Origin: Acidobacteriota bacterium
GTDB lineage: Bacteria; Acidobacteriota; UBA890; WLXD01
DNA length: 64,000 nt
Assembly: GCA_965205505.1 (NCBI GenBank)
Contig: CBDBHB010000006.1
Span: 460,175 to 524,174, forward strand
Reading direction: 5' to 3'
Positions 36,911 to 46,437 of the stretch are shown here, piece by piece. Position 1 is the first letter of the stretch. Each line of letters opens with the position of its first letter. A program made the position numbers and the translations under genes. The notes under the pieces were generated by a model. It did no database searches, had not been told where the DNA came from, and was given only the letters and a program-made list of their open reading frames with translations.

Positions 36911-37405
36911 ATGAGAGCTTACCTGGGACTGGGTTCGAATGTGGGCAACCGTACTGCGTGGCTTCGTCGCGGCCTCGACGGATTGCGCAACGCCGGACTC
37001 CAGCTCGGCTCCGTGTCTTCGTTCTATCTGACGGAGCCGGTCGACAACCCGGCGCTTCCCTGGTTCGTCAACTGTGCCGCTGAGGTTCTTCATCCGCCGG
37101 CGCCACGTGCGTTGCTCGACGCCGCGCTACAGGTCGAGAAGGCCTGCGGACGGCGGCGCTCGAGTGCCACGGTCGAGGCGCGAACGCTCGACGTTGACAT
37201 TCTGCTTTATGATCTTCGCATCGTGGACGAATCCGGCCTACAGATCCCACATCCCAGGATGCACACGCGGCGATTCGTTCTGCGCCCACTGGCCGAGCTT
37301 GCAGCGGATCTCCTACATCCGGCCTATGGCGCGCCCATCAGTGACATGTTCCTGCGACTGGACGCCGCCGAGCGCGTCTGGCTGCTATCGCCGCCGCCTG
37401 CTTGA
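36911..37405 (+). CDS. folK: 2-amino-4-hydroxy-6-hydroxymethyldihydropteridine diphosphokinase
   Basis: YLGLGSNVG, RTLDVDILL and IPHPRMHTRRFVLRPL motifs. Confidence 0.95.
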   Translation: MRAYLGLGSNVGNRTAWLRRGLDGLRNAGLQLGSVSSFYLTEPVDNPALPWFVNCAAEVLHPPAPRALLDAALQVEKACGRRRSSATVEARTLDVDILLYDLRIVDESGLQIPHPRMHTRRFVLRPLAELAADLLHPAYGAPISDMFLRLDAAERVWLLSPPPA

Positions 37406-38040
37406 TGCGCAAGAATTACCTGGCCCTCGACGGCCCCATCGGAGTAGGCAAGACGAGTCTGGTCAACCTGATGGTGGAGCGCCTCGGAGCAACCAAGATC
37501 CTCGAGGATCCGGAGAACCCGTTTCTGGAGTCCTTCTACCAGGAGAAGACCGGGGCGGCGTTCCAGGCGCAGCTCTACTTCCTGCTATCGCGATTCCAAC
37601 TGCTGACCCAAGCCCGGCAGAGCGACCTGTTCGCGCGCTTCACGGTGGCCGATTTCACTCTGCAAAAGGATCAAGTCTTCGCTCATCTCACGCTCACCGA
37701 CAGCGAGCTGCTTCTGTACGAGAAGCTCTACGGCGTGCTCGCGCCGCAGGTGCCGAAGCCCGATCTGATCGTCTATCTACAAGGCTCGACCGAAGTACTT
37801 GTGCGGCGAGTCGAGATGCGCAGTCGCCCCGAAGAGCGCAGCATCTCGCACGACTATCTGCAGCAGGTGAACCAAGCCTACGCACACTACTACTTGCAGT
37901 ATGACGAGTCGCCGCTGCTGGTCATCAACACGACCGAGATCGACTTCGTCCAGGACGCCGACGACTTCGACGATCTCATGGCACAGATCGACGCCATGGA
38001 GGCCGGGCGTCAGGTCTACGTGCCGCGGCGGGTGCGTTAG
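37405..38040 (+). CDS. Deoxynucleoside kinase
   Basis: GPIGVGKTSL, ENPFLESFY, QLYFLLSRF and PDLIVYL motifs; usual folK neighbour. Confidence 0.92.
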   Translation: MRKNYLALDGPIGVGKTSLVNLMVERLGATKILEDPENPFLESFYQEKTGAAFQAQLYFLLSRFQLLTQARQSDLFARFTVADFTLQKDQVFAHLTLTDSELLLYEKLYGVLAPQVPKPDLIVYLQGSTEVLVRRVEMRSRPEERSISHDYLQQVNQAYAHYYLQYDESPLLVINTTEIDFVQDADDFDDLMAQIDAMEAGRQVYVPRRVR

Positions 38041-38046
38041 CCAGAT

Positions 38047-38065
38047 TGTAAGGATATGTAAGGAT
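38047..38065 (+). promoter_or_regulatory. Tandem direct repeat TGTAAGGAT-A-TGTAAGGAT (candidate winged-helix regulator site)
   Basis: Perfect 9-mer repeated at a 10-bp period, AT-rich, 100 bp upstream of the DUF5916 gene. Confidence 0.45.
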
Positions 38066-38164
38066 GCCCGCCGGGCGGCACCCGCCCATGGTAGGCTGCG
38101 GCGCTCCTGAAGCCCTCTGAGAACCAAGCTCGCTGCTCAGGGCACTGGCTCCCTCCCCTGCCTG

Positions 38165-40441
38165 ATGATGAACATCAACGCCTGCGCGCAGCGCGCGCTC
38201 CTGACGCTGAGCCGATGGGTCCGCCTCGCCATGGTGGGGGCTGTTTTGACGGTCGTCAGCACCCCGGCCGCCGCACAGTCGCCCCGCCGCTCGCTCGAGG
38301 CCCTGGTCATCGACGAGCGCGTCGCGCTCGACGGCCACCTCGATGAGCCGTTTTGGCAGCGGGCCGAGGTTGCCACCGGGTTCGTACAGCGCAACCCGGA
38401 TACAGGCCGACCGGCGACGGAGCGCACCGAGGTACGTATCGCGCGCGACCGTGACGGCATCTACCTCGGGGTGATGGCGTATGACAGCGACCCCGATACG
38501 ATCGTTGCCAAGGAGATGCAGCGTGACGGGTCGCGCTCATTCGGCGGCTTTCGCGGTGCCTCGGGCGCCTACGGCAACGACGACTCCGTCATCATCGTCC
38601 TCGATACGTTTCTCGACCGGCGCAACGCCTTTTACTTCGAGACCAACCCGAACGGCGCTCGCGCCGACGCGCTGATTGAAGACGAGAACAACCCCAGGTT
38701 CGAATGGGATGGCGTCTGGAATGCCGCTGCCACACGCACGCCGGAGGGCTGGAGCGCCGAGCTGGCGATTCCGTTCTCCACTCTGCGTTTCGGCGCCGAT
38801 GGCGGCACCTGGGGCCTGAATATCCGCCGCCTCATCCGGCGCAACAACGAGGAGGCCTTTTGGGCGCCGGTGGGTCGCGACGCCAACCTGCCGCGCCTGT
38901 CGCTCGCCGGCGAGCTCACCGGGTTGGGTGAGCTCAAGCCGGGTATCAACCTGCGCGCCAAGCCGTTCGGCATCGCCACCAGCGCACTCGACTTCGAGAC
39001 GCCGTCTGCCCGCAGCGACGAGCAATACGACGGGGGCCTGGACCTGCTGCGTTGGGGCATCAGCAACAGCATGACGCTCGACCTCACCGCCAACACCGAC
39101 TTCGCTCAGGTCGAAGCCGACGACGAGCGCATCAACCTGACGCGTTTCTCGTTGTTCTTTCCCGAGAAGCGCGAGTTCTTCCTCGAGAACGGGGGCATCT
39201 TCGATTTCGGTCCCACCCAGGGCCAGGGCGGCGGCATGCGCGGTCCGTTGCTGCGCATGTTCTTCTCACGGCGCATCGGACTGGAGGAGAACGGGATCAT
39301 CCCGATACGGGGGGGAGCACGTTTCACGGGCCGCGCCGGCGGCTGGAACTTCGGGTTGCTCGATGTGCAGACGCGCGGCGCCAGCGGTCTCGGAGACGAC
39401 GGCGATATCGATGTGGCGGCCACCAACTGGGGGGTGGCGCGGATCAAGCGCAACATCGGGGAGCGCTCCAGCATCGGCGCGATCTTCACCAACAAGCAGG
39501 TAAGCGAAGACGAGTGGAACCGGGTCGCCGGCATTGATGCCGACATCAATGTCTCACGTAAGGTCAACTTCAACGGCTTCTTCGCCGCGAGCCGCGACAA
39601 GGACCTCGGCAGCGATGAAGTCACCGATTGGGCGGCCGGCGGCGGCTTCAACTATCGCGGTCGCATCTGGCGGGCACGCGCCAGCTTCACCGAGATCCGC
39701 GACGACTTCCGGCCGGCGATGGGATTTCTGCTGCGCGATGGCATTCGCCGCTACGACTACAACGTCGACTTCGAGCCCCGCCCAGCGAACAGCCTCGGTA
39801 TCCGCAACCTGAACTTCAACCAGCGCACTCAGGTCGTGACGCTTTCGGACGGCACCATCGAGACCATCGACGCGACCGTGCGATTCTTCGGCTTCGATAC
39901 ACGTGCCGGCGACCGTATATCGTTTTTTGCCAGCTACAACTTCGAGCGCATTTTCGAAGACTTCGAGATTCAGGACGGCATCATCATCCCGCCCGGCGAC
40001 TACGACTTCACCGACGTCGGCCTGTTCCTGCGCACCGACGGCAGCAGGCCGGTGTCGTTCTTCGGCTTTTACACCAAGGGCACCTTCTTCGGTGGCAATC
40101 GCTTCATGGGCAACAGCACGCTGAGCCTGCGCCTGAGTCGCCTGCTGTCGGCCGAGACCGCGTGGAGCTACAACGACGTCGACCTCCCGGCCGGCTCCTT
40201 CAAGGCGAGCGTCGTGCGTGAGCGCATCAAGCTGGCTTTCTCGCCCAACCTGTTCTGGAACACGCTGGTGCAGTACAACACCACCACTGACCTGCTGACG
40301 CTGAACTCTCGCCTTAACTGGATCTACCGGCCCGGCGCCGACATCTTCCTGGTCTACAACCAGGACTGGGGCACCGGCACGGTGATCCGGCCGAAGAACC
40401 GCGCGATTATCTTGAAGTTCACCTATCTGCTGATCCTCTAG
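38165..40441 (+). CDS. DUF5916 / CBM9-like domain outer-membrane protein
   Basis: Signal peptide; LDGHLDEPFW, GWSAELAIPFSTLRF, NTDFAQVEAD, LFFPEKREFFLE and FFSRRIG motifs; beta-barrel-type ending LKFTYL. Confidence 0.88.
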   Translation: MMNINACAQRALLTLSRWVRLAMVGAVLTVVSTPAAAQSPRRSLEALVIDERVALDGHLDEPFWQRAEVATGFVQRNPDTGRPATERTEVRIARDRDGIYLGVMAYDSDPDTIVAKEMQRDGSRSFGGFRGASGAYGNDDSVIIVLDTFLDRRNAFYFETNPNGARADALIEDENNPRFEWDGVWNAAATRTPEGWSAELAIPFSTLRFGADGGTWGLNIRRLIRRNNEEAFWAPVGRDANLPRLSLAGELTGLGELKPGINLRAKPFGIATSALDFETPSARSDEQYDGGLDLLRWGISNSMTLDLTANTDFAQVEADDERINLTRFSLFFPEKREFFLENGGIFDFGPTQGQGGGMRGPLLRMFFSRRIGLEENGIIPIRGGARFTGRAGGWNFGLLDVQTRGASGLGDDGDIDVAATNWGVARIKRNIGERSSIGAIFTNKQVSEDEWNRVAGIDADINVSRKVNFNGFFAASRDKDLGSDEVTDWAAGGGFNYRGRIWRARASFTEIRDDFRPAMGFLLRDGIRRYDYNVDFEPRPANSLGIRNLNFNQRTQVVTLSDGTIETIDATVRFFGFDTRAGDRISFFASYNFERIFEDFEIQDGIIIPPGDYDFTDVGLFLRTDGSRPVSFFGFYTKGTFFGGNRFMGNSTLSLRLSRLLSAETAWSYNDVDLPAGSFKASVVRERIKLAFSPNLFWNTLVQYNTTTDLLTLNSRLNWIYRPGADIFLVYNQDWGTGTVIRPKNRAIILKFTYLLIL

Positions 40442-40621
40442 CAGGGTGCAGCATCCGGCTTGTCGTGGCGTGTCTACCTGAGAACGACGCCCGTTAGATA
40501 GGCGAGATCGCCGTTCGCCTCGTTGTCCTCGAACAGAAGGGTGTGGACACGACTCGTGCCGCCGCCTGGTGCGGCTGTGGCAGGTCGCGGGCTCATCTCG
40601 AAAGACTCTGGTCTTTTCGGC

Positions 40622-41398
40622 CTAGGTGGAGTGAGCTCGCCCGTTCAGGAGCTTCTTCTGATATCGGCTCTGGACCACGTCGGTCAGCACCAGCACACCG
40701 ATGACGAAGTAGAACGTGGTCTTGCTCATCGGCGTGACCTCGTTGCCGAGCAGGCGTAGGTGCGCCAGGTGGCCGCCCTCAGACAGCAGCATGATGCCGA
40801 CGACGAACAGAATAAATAGCCCGAGCACCTCGTACATGCGGTTGCGCTGTAGGAATCCGGCGACGCTGTCGGCGAGGAAGATCATCATCACACCGCCGAT
40901 GACGATCGCCGTCGCCATCACCCAGAACACGTCGGTGAGCGCCATGGCGCTTAGGATCGAGTCGAAAGAGAACACCAGGTTCATGGCCACGATCCATAAC
41001 ACGATGGTTCGCAGCGGGCGCGCACCCCGCTCCTCGTGCTCGAGATCGGCCACCCCGATCATGTGAAAGATCTCCTTGGTGGCGGTGTAGATGATGAACA
41101 CGCCACCGAGCAGCACGATGATGCTGTGGAAGTTGAACTGAGCCTCGACCAGGCCGGTGCTGTGAAGGCCGAAGACGGGGGCCTGGAAATAGCCGATCAG
41201 GCTCGTCAAGCCGAGCAGCAGCACAATGCGGAGGACGATGGCGATACCGATACCCCAACGCATGACGGATGCCCGCTGGCCCGCCGGGGCGCGTTTGGAT
41301 TCGAGCGCGACGTACAGCAGATTGTCGAACCCGAGCACGCCCTGAAGAAGCGTCAGCAGTGCCAGCGTCACGAGGTTATCGAGGCTGAGAATCTCCAT
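40622..41398 (-). CDS. TerC family integral membrane protein
   Basis: VLGFDNL, IVLRIVLL, ATKEI and NLVFSFDSILSA motifs. Confidence 0.9.
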   Translation of the reverse strand: MEILSLDNLVTLALLTLLQGVLGFDNLLYVALESKRAPAGQRASVMRWGIGIAIVLRIVLLLGLTSLIGYFQAPVFGLHSTGLVEAQFNFHSIIVLLGGVFIIYTATKEIFHMIGVADLEHEERGARPLRTIVLWIVAMNLVFSFDSILSAMALTDVFWVMATAIVIGGVMMIFLADSVAGFLQRNRMYEVLGLFILFVVGIMLLSEGGHLAHLRLLGNEVTPMSKTTFYFVIGVLVLTDVVQSRYQKKLLNGRAHST

Positions 41399-41409
41399 CG
41401 ATCACTCCA

Positions 41410-42060
41410 TCATCGTTCGGCACATCGATCGGAAGCCGTGGTGTCGCCGTCGTCGGACACCGTGCGGTGGGCACGAATCAGCATCACGTCGGAGTTGATA
41501 TCACCCTGCGTCCCGCCAATCACGCGGCGCCGCACATCGTATCTCTCTATGGTGAAGTCGCCAGACGCGGCAAGAGCCTCCGCCGGCGTCGCAATGAGCG
41601 CGTTCGGCAGCCCGGCCCCTGTGGGCCCGCCCAACGGTGATGCCTCGTCTGGCGGTGATAACCCAATCAGCAGCAGCACACCGTCGGGCGCAAGCGCCGC
41701 TGCCGCATTGGTCAGCAAGCGCGTCCGAGTGTCGGACGGCAGGTGCATGTAGCAGATCAACACCAGGTCGTAGGGCGCGTCAGCGCGGTACTCAGCGACA
41801 TCCGCTACCACGCCACGGATGGCCAGGCTCTCGCCAGCGGCCAACTGCACCAGCGTGTCGATCGCCGCGGGCGCTTGATCGACTGCCGTTACCTCCCAGC
41901 CTTGGCGAGCAAGCCAGATGCTGTTCGCACCTTCCCCGGCACCGAGGTCGAGCGCCCGGCCAAGCGGCAGCTCCGCGGTCTCGGCGACCACGTCGTCGTC
42001 GGGGCGCGTCCACGGTGCCTTGTTGGCGGCGTAGTACTCGTTCCATTGGCGCGCGTCCAT
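41410..42060 (-). CDS. Class I SAM-dependent methyltransferase
   Basis: WNEYY, GRALDLGAGEGANSIWLA..GWEVTAVD, YDLV and ALAPDGVLL motifs. Confidence 0.88.
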   Translation of the reverse strand: MDARQWNEYYAANKAPWTRPDDDVVAETAELPLGRALDLGAGEGANSIWLARQGWEVTAVDQAPAAIDTLVQLAAGESLAIRGVVADVAEYRADAPYDLVLICYMHLPSDTRTRLLTNAAAALAPDGVLLLIGLSPPDEASPLGGPTGAGLPNALIATPAEALAASGDFTIERYDVRRRVIGGTQGDINSDVMLIRAHRTVSDDGDTTASDRCAER

Positions 42061-42116
42061 CACTGCAAATCGAAACTCCTCATGGCAGGAGTGTCGCATG
42101 TGTTTCAATCCACGCC

Positions 42117-43802
42117 ATGCTCGCCGAATCCGCCGCGTTCACCACGTGGCTCGACAGGTTCTTCGACTCCTACTACAAGCACAGGCCGGTCAACGGAACC
42201 TTCATCGGCGTCCACGACGGCGACCACCGACTCCCCGACTTATCCGACAACGGAGCGGGCGACGCCCTCGCCGACGCCGAGAGCCTCCTGAGGGAATCGC
42301 TGGAGCTGCCAGCCGAGCCACTGGCGGCGGCCGAGCGCATCGACCTGCAGCTCGCTCAGGGATTCCTGCGAACCCAGATCTGGGAGATGCAATCGGGGTA
42401 TCTGCATCGCGACAACCCGAGCTTCTATACCGGCGAGGCGATCTTCGGGATCATGTCGCTGTTCTTGACCAACTTCGCGCCCGTTGCCGAGCGTGCCGCA
42501 GCGGCCATCGAACGGATGGAAGGCGTCCCGGCACTGCTGTCTCAAGGTCGCAGCAACGTCCGCCGCGCACCGCAAGCCTGGACCGAGCGTGCGATCCGAG
42601 AGTGCGCCGGTGCCGATGCGTTCTTGACAGCGGGTCTACAACACGTGATCGCCGATGAGCACGCCGATTCGCCAGGGCTCGAGACATCGGCGGCGATCGC
42701 GGCCGCCGCCTTCGCAGAGTTTCGCTCCTACCTCGAGAGTGAGCTTCTCGCCGCGTCGGTGGATCGCCATTGCTGCGGTAAGGAGGCTTTCGCCATGTAC
42801 CTGCGCGAGGGCCACTGCGTCGACGAAAGCGCGGCCACGATCGCAACTATTGCCGAGCACGAGCTGTCGGAGGCCGCCGCGAGGCTATCGGAGCAGGCGC
42901 GAGATTTCGGTGCCAACAACAGCGCTGAAGCACTCGGGGAGCTCAGGAGTTTGCATCCGCCGCCGGACCGGTACGACGCGCGCCATCAAGAAGTCTCGGA
43001 CGCGATGCGCGAGGTAACCGAGAAGCAGGCGTTGCTGACCTGGCCGGAGTTTCCTCTCCGCTTCGTGCCACAGCCACGATGGGCGCGTGACGCTGCCCCG
43101 CATCTGTACTTCCTGGTGTATCGATCCCCAGCGGCGACCGGGCGACCGCGAGTGCACGACGTCCTGGTACCAGCGCTCGACGCGAGTGCCCCCGCAGATC
43201 AGCAGCGCGCCTTCCTCGAGACAACGAACGACAGCGTCATCAAGCTGAACCATGTGATTCATCACGGTGGCGTCGGCCACCATGTGCAGAATTGGCACGC
43301 GTTCCGCGCCGCGTCGCGCATCGGTCGAGTCGCCGCCGTCGACTGTGCAGCGCGCATCGCGATGTTCTGCGGCGGCACCATGGCTGAAGGATGGGCCTGC
43401 TACGCCACCGGCCTGATGAGCGAGGCAGGAGCCCTAACGCCGCTGGAGCAGTACTCCGAGCACCAATCACGCATGCGGATGTGCGCTCGGGCTGTCGTCG
43501 ACATAAGGCTGCACTCCGGCCAGTTTTCTCTGCGGCAGGCCACTGACTACTATGAGCGCGCAGCGCTGATGGCGCCCGCGGCGGCGATGGCCGGCGCCGT
43601 CCAGAACAGCATGTTCCCGGGAACGGCGGCGATGTATATGCTGGGCACCGACGCGATCCACAAGCTACGAGGGGAGCTGTCGGCGCGCGATGGAAGAGAC
43701 TTCGACCTCCGCAAGTTCCATGACGAGCTGCTTTCGTACGGGTCGATTCCGGTCTCGTTGATCGCGGCGGAAATGATGGCGAGACGCGGCGATGGTGAGT
43801 AG
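42117..43802 (+). CDS. DUF885 family protein (variant metal motif)
   Basis: PVNGTFIGVHDGD..LPD, VIHHGGVGHHVQ, AEGWACYA, RAVVDIRLH, PGTAAMYMLG and FHDELLSYGSIP motifs. Confidence 0.85.
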   Translation: MLAESAAFTTWLDRFFDSYYKHRPVNGTFIGVHDGDHRLPDLSDNGAGDALADAESLLRESLELPAEPLAAAERIDLQLAQGFLRTQIWEMQSGYLHRDNPSFYTGEAIFGIMSLFLTNFAPVAERAAAAIERMEGVPALLSQGRSNVRRAPQAWTERAIRECAGADAFLTAGLQHVIADEHADSPGLETSAAIAAAAFAEFRSYLESELLAASVDRHCCGKEAFAMYLREGHCVDESAATIATIAEHELSEAAARLSEQARDFGANNSAEALGELRSLHPPPDRYDARHQEVSDAMREVTEKQALLTWPEFPLRFVPQPRWARDAAPHLYFLVYRSPAATGRPRVHDVLVPALDASAPADQQRAFLETTNDSVIKLNHVIHHGGVGHHVQNWHAFRAASRIGRVAAVDCAARIAMFCGGTMAEGWACYATGLMSEAGALTPLEQYSEHQSRMRMCARAVVDIRLHSGQFSLRQATDYYERAALMAPAAAMAGAVQNSMFPGTAAMYMLGTDAIHKLRGELSARDGRDFDLRKFHDELLSYGSIPVSLIAAEMMARRGDGE

Positions 43803-45423
43803 TCGCATCCGCCGGGCCGCAGCCGGCACCGTCATCGGCTTGCTGGCCGTCGGCTGTGGTGGAACCGAGCCGGGAGCCGCAGCAGATTCCGCCTACGGAG
43901 CCCGAAAGATCTTACGCGTCGCCTACAACCGCGAGATCGACGTGCTCAACGCGTTTACCAGTCAGATGTTGATCGACATCCATCTCAGCATGGTCGAGGG
44001 TCTGATCACGACGGACGAGAACAACACCTACGTCCCGGTGTTGGCCAAGCAGATTCCGACCGAGGAGAACGGCCTGGTCGTGCGCAACGAGGACGGCACG
44101 ATCGACATGACCTGGGAGCTACACGAGAACGTGCGCTGGCACGACGGCGAGAAGCTCACCAGCGCCGACGTGTGCTTCACCGGGGCTTTCGTGACCAGCG
44201 AGGGGTCGGAGACCTACAACCGCGACCACTACCTCGGCATCATCGACTGCCAGACGCCCGACGACTACACCGTGGTAATGCGCTGGGACGACGCCTATGG
44301 CTTCTACGCCGGCTTGTTCGAGGCGATCTTGCCGAAACACGTGCTCGGCAACATGACCACACGGGAGATCATCAACTACGTTCCCTACAACCGCGGCACC
44401 GAGACAATCGGCACCGGACCTTTCAGGTTCGCCGAGTGGAAGTCGGGCGAGTACATCCGGGTTGTGCGCAACGACGACTACTGGCGCGGTCCGCAATATC
44501 CGCGCATCGACGAGATCGTGTGGTCGTTCGTGCCCGACTCCAATGCCCGGCTGAACGCCATGCGAACCGGCCGCTATGACTACGGGCAGATCGAGCCCAC
44601 ACAGGTAGGCGAGGTTGCCGATCTCACCGGCTACGACACCCACCTGGTAACCTCGAATCGGTTCATGCACCTCGATTTGGGTGTCAACACCGAGCGCGGC
44701 CGACGCCTGTTTGCCGATGCGAACGTACGTCGGGCGATCTTCCACGCTATCGATCGGCAGGCGATCGCCAACGGGCTGATGCAGGGCACGGTGCGGGTTG
44801 CTCACACGCCGATCAACCCGGCCAATCCCTATCACAACCCTGACGTACCGATCCATGCGTACGACCCGCAACTCTCGGCCGAGCTACTCGACCAAGCGGG
44901 GTGGCGTCTCGCATCCGACGGAGTGCGATCCAAGGGCGACGAGCGCTTTTCGTTCATCTTGATGAACCGTGCCGGCGATCGCGAGCGCATCGCCATCGCG
45001 CAGGTGATCCAGGCGCAGTTGAAGGCCATCGGCATCGAGGCCACGTTCGAGACCATGGAAAGCGCTGCCTGGACGCAACGGTGGCGGAGCGGCGAATGGG
45101 AGGCCATCGTTGCCGGATGGTTCCTTTCCGCGGACCCCGGCGTAACCAACCTGTACGCCTGCGCCGGCGCCAACAACATGACCGGTCTGTGCGATCCAGT
45201 GCTCGACGCAGTGATGGAACGATCGGACCGAAGAATCGACTTCACGGCTCGCAAGCCGTTGCTCGATACCGTTCAGGTACTCCTGGCCGAGGGCGCCAGG
45301 ACGCTGCCCATCTACTACGCCGTCACCCCGGAGGTAGTGAGCAAACGCGTGGTTAACTTCCGCGGTAGCGGTACCAACTTCGGGAGCTTCTGGAACCTCT
45401 ATGAGTGGGATCTGCGTCGATAG
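43792..45423 (+). CDS. Peptide/nickel-type ABC transporter substrate-binding lipoprotein (family 5)
   Basis: Lipobox LAVG-C; WHDGEKLTSADV, IGTGPFRF, VRRAIFHAIDR and LLDQAGW motifs. Confidence 0.92.
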   Translation: MVSSRIRRAAAGTVIGLLAVGCGGTEPGAAADSAYGARKILRVAYNREIDVLNAFTSQMLIDIHLSMVEGLITTDENNTYVPVLAKQIPTEENGLVVRNEDGTIDMTWELHENVRWHDGEKLTSADVCFTGAFVTSEGSETYNRDHYLGIIDCQTPDDYTVVMRWDDAYGFYAGLFEAILPKHVLGNMTTREIINYVPYNRGTETIGTGPFRFAEWKSGEYIRVVRNDDYWRGPQYPRIDEIVWSFVPDSNARLNAMRTGRYDYGQIEPTQVGEVADLTGYDTHLVTSNRFMHLDLGVNTERGRRLFADANVRRAIFHAIDRQAIANGLMQGTVRVAHTPINPANPYHNPDVPIHAYDPQLSAELLDQAGWRLASDGVRSKGDERFSFILMNRAGDRERIAIAQVIQAQLKAIGIEATFETMESAAWTQRWRSGEWEAIVAGWFLSADPGVTNLYACAGANNMTGLCDPVLDAVMERSDRRIDFTARKPLLDTVQVLLAEGARTLPIYYAVTPEVVSKRVVNFRGSGTNFGSFWNLYEWDLRR

Positions 45424-45483
45424 CAGCAATTGCGAACGCTTGCGGGTACGCGCTGCGGGCGAGGCGCCGGTTACCACGCACCA

Positions 45484-46437
45484 GTGAGCGCCTACATCGG
45501 CCGGCGGCTGCTACTAATGGTGCCTCTGTTGCTCGGCATCTCGGTGGTGATCTTCGCGGTCATCCAAGCGGCGCCGGGCGGGCCCGAAGGCGCCCTGCTG
45601 GAGACCGGGCGCTTCATCGACCCACAGGTCATCGAGAACTACCGGCAGCGCCTGGGTGTCGACCAGCCCATCCATGTGCAGTACTTCAGGTGGCTCTCGG
45701 CTGCGCTTACCGGCGATCTCGGCGTGAGCTTCTCCACCACCCGACCGGTTGCCGAGATGATCGGCGAGCGTCTGCCGGCCACCCTCGAGCTGATGGCAAC
45801 CTCGTTCGTGCTGGCCGCCATGCTCGCCGTGGGCATCGGCATCCTCAGCGCCGTCAAGCAACACACCCCGATCGACTACCTGGCCACCGGCGCGTCGTTC
45901 GTCGGCATTGCCATGCCGGTGTTCTGGTTCGCCCTCATCCTGCAGCTGCTCTTTTCGGTGAGGCTGGGCTGGTTCCCAGTAGCCGGCACCGAGACGGTCG
46001 GCGCAACGTCGCTGGGGGATCACCTACAACACCTGATCCTCCCCGCCGCCGTGTTGTCGTTCAGGAATATCGCCGGTTGGTCGCGCTACCTACGTGCCAG
46101 CCTGGTGGGCGCTCTGCGCAGCGACTACGTGCGCACGGCGCGCGCAAAGGGTCTTCCCGAGCGCGTCGTCGTCGGCGTGCATGCGCTGCGCAACGCTCTG
46201 ATCCCGCTGGTCTCGATCATGGCGCTCAATCTGGCCGACTTGTTCTCCGGCGCGGTGATCACCGAGACGATCTTTGCCTGGCCAGGAATCGGTCGGCTTT
46301 TCGTGCAAGCGATGTTCGCGCGCGACTACCCGTTGTTGATGGGCATCCTGCTGATGGGCTCGGTCATGGTGGTGTTCTTCAGTTTGGTTGCCGACGTTGT
46401 CTACGGCGTCCTCGATCCGCGCATCCGCTATGAATGA
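45484..46437 (+). CDS. Peptide ABC transporter permease (OppB/DppB-like)
   Basis: GDLGVSF, RLPATLEL, DYVRTARAKGL, HALRNAL, ETIFAWPGIG and LDPRI motifs. Confidence 0.93.
   Translation: MSAYIGRRLLLMVPLLLGISVVIFAVIQAAPGGPEGALLETGRFIDPQVIENYRQRLGVDQPIHVQYFRWLSAALTGDLGVSFSTTRPVAEMIGERLPATLELMATSFVLAAMLAVGIGILSAVKQHTPIDYLATGASFVGIAMPVFWFALILQLLFSVRLGWFPVAGTETVGATSLGDHLQHLILPAAVLSFRNIAGWSRYLRASLVGALRSDYVRTARAKGLPERVVVGVHALRNALIPLVSIMALNLADLFSGAVITETIFAWPGIGRLFVQAMFARDYPLLMGILLMGSVMVVFFSLVADVVYGVLDPRIRYE

Noticed and set aside
40442-40621. Third copy of module A/B (CGAACAGAAGGGTGTGG resembles CGAACGGAGGGTGTGG)
   Set aside because: The other conserved blocks and the flanking stems are absent; the match is short and may be chance or a coding remnant.
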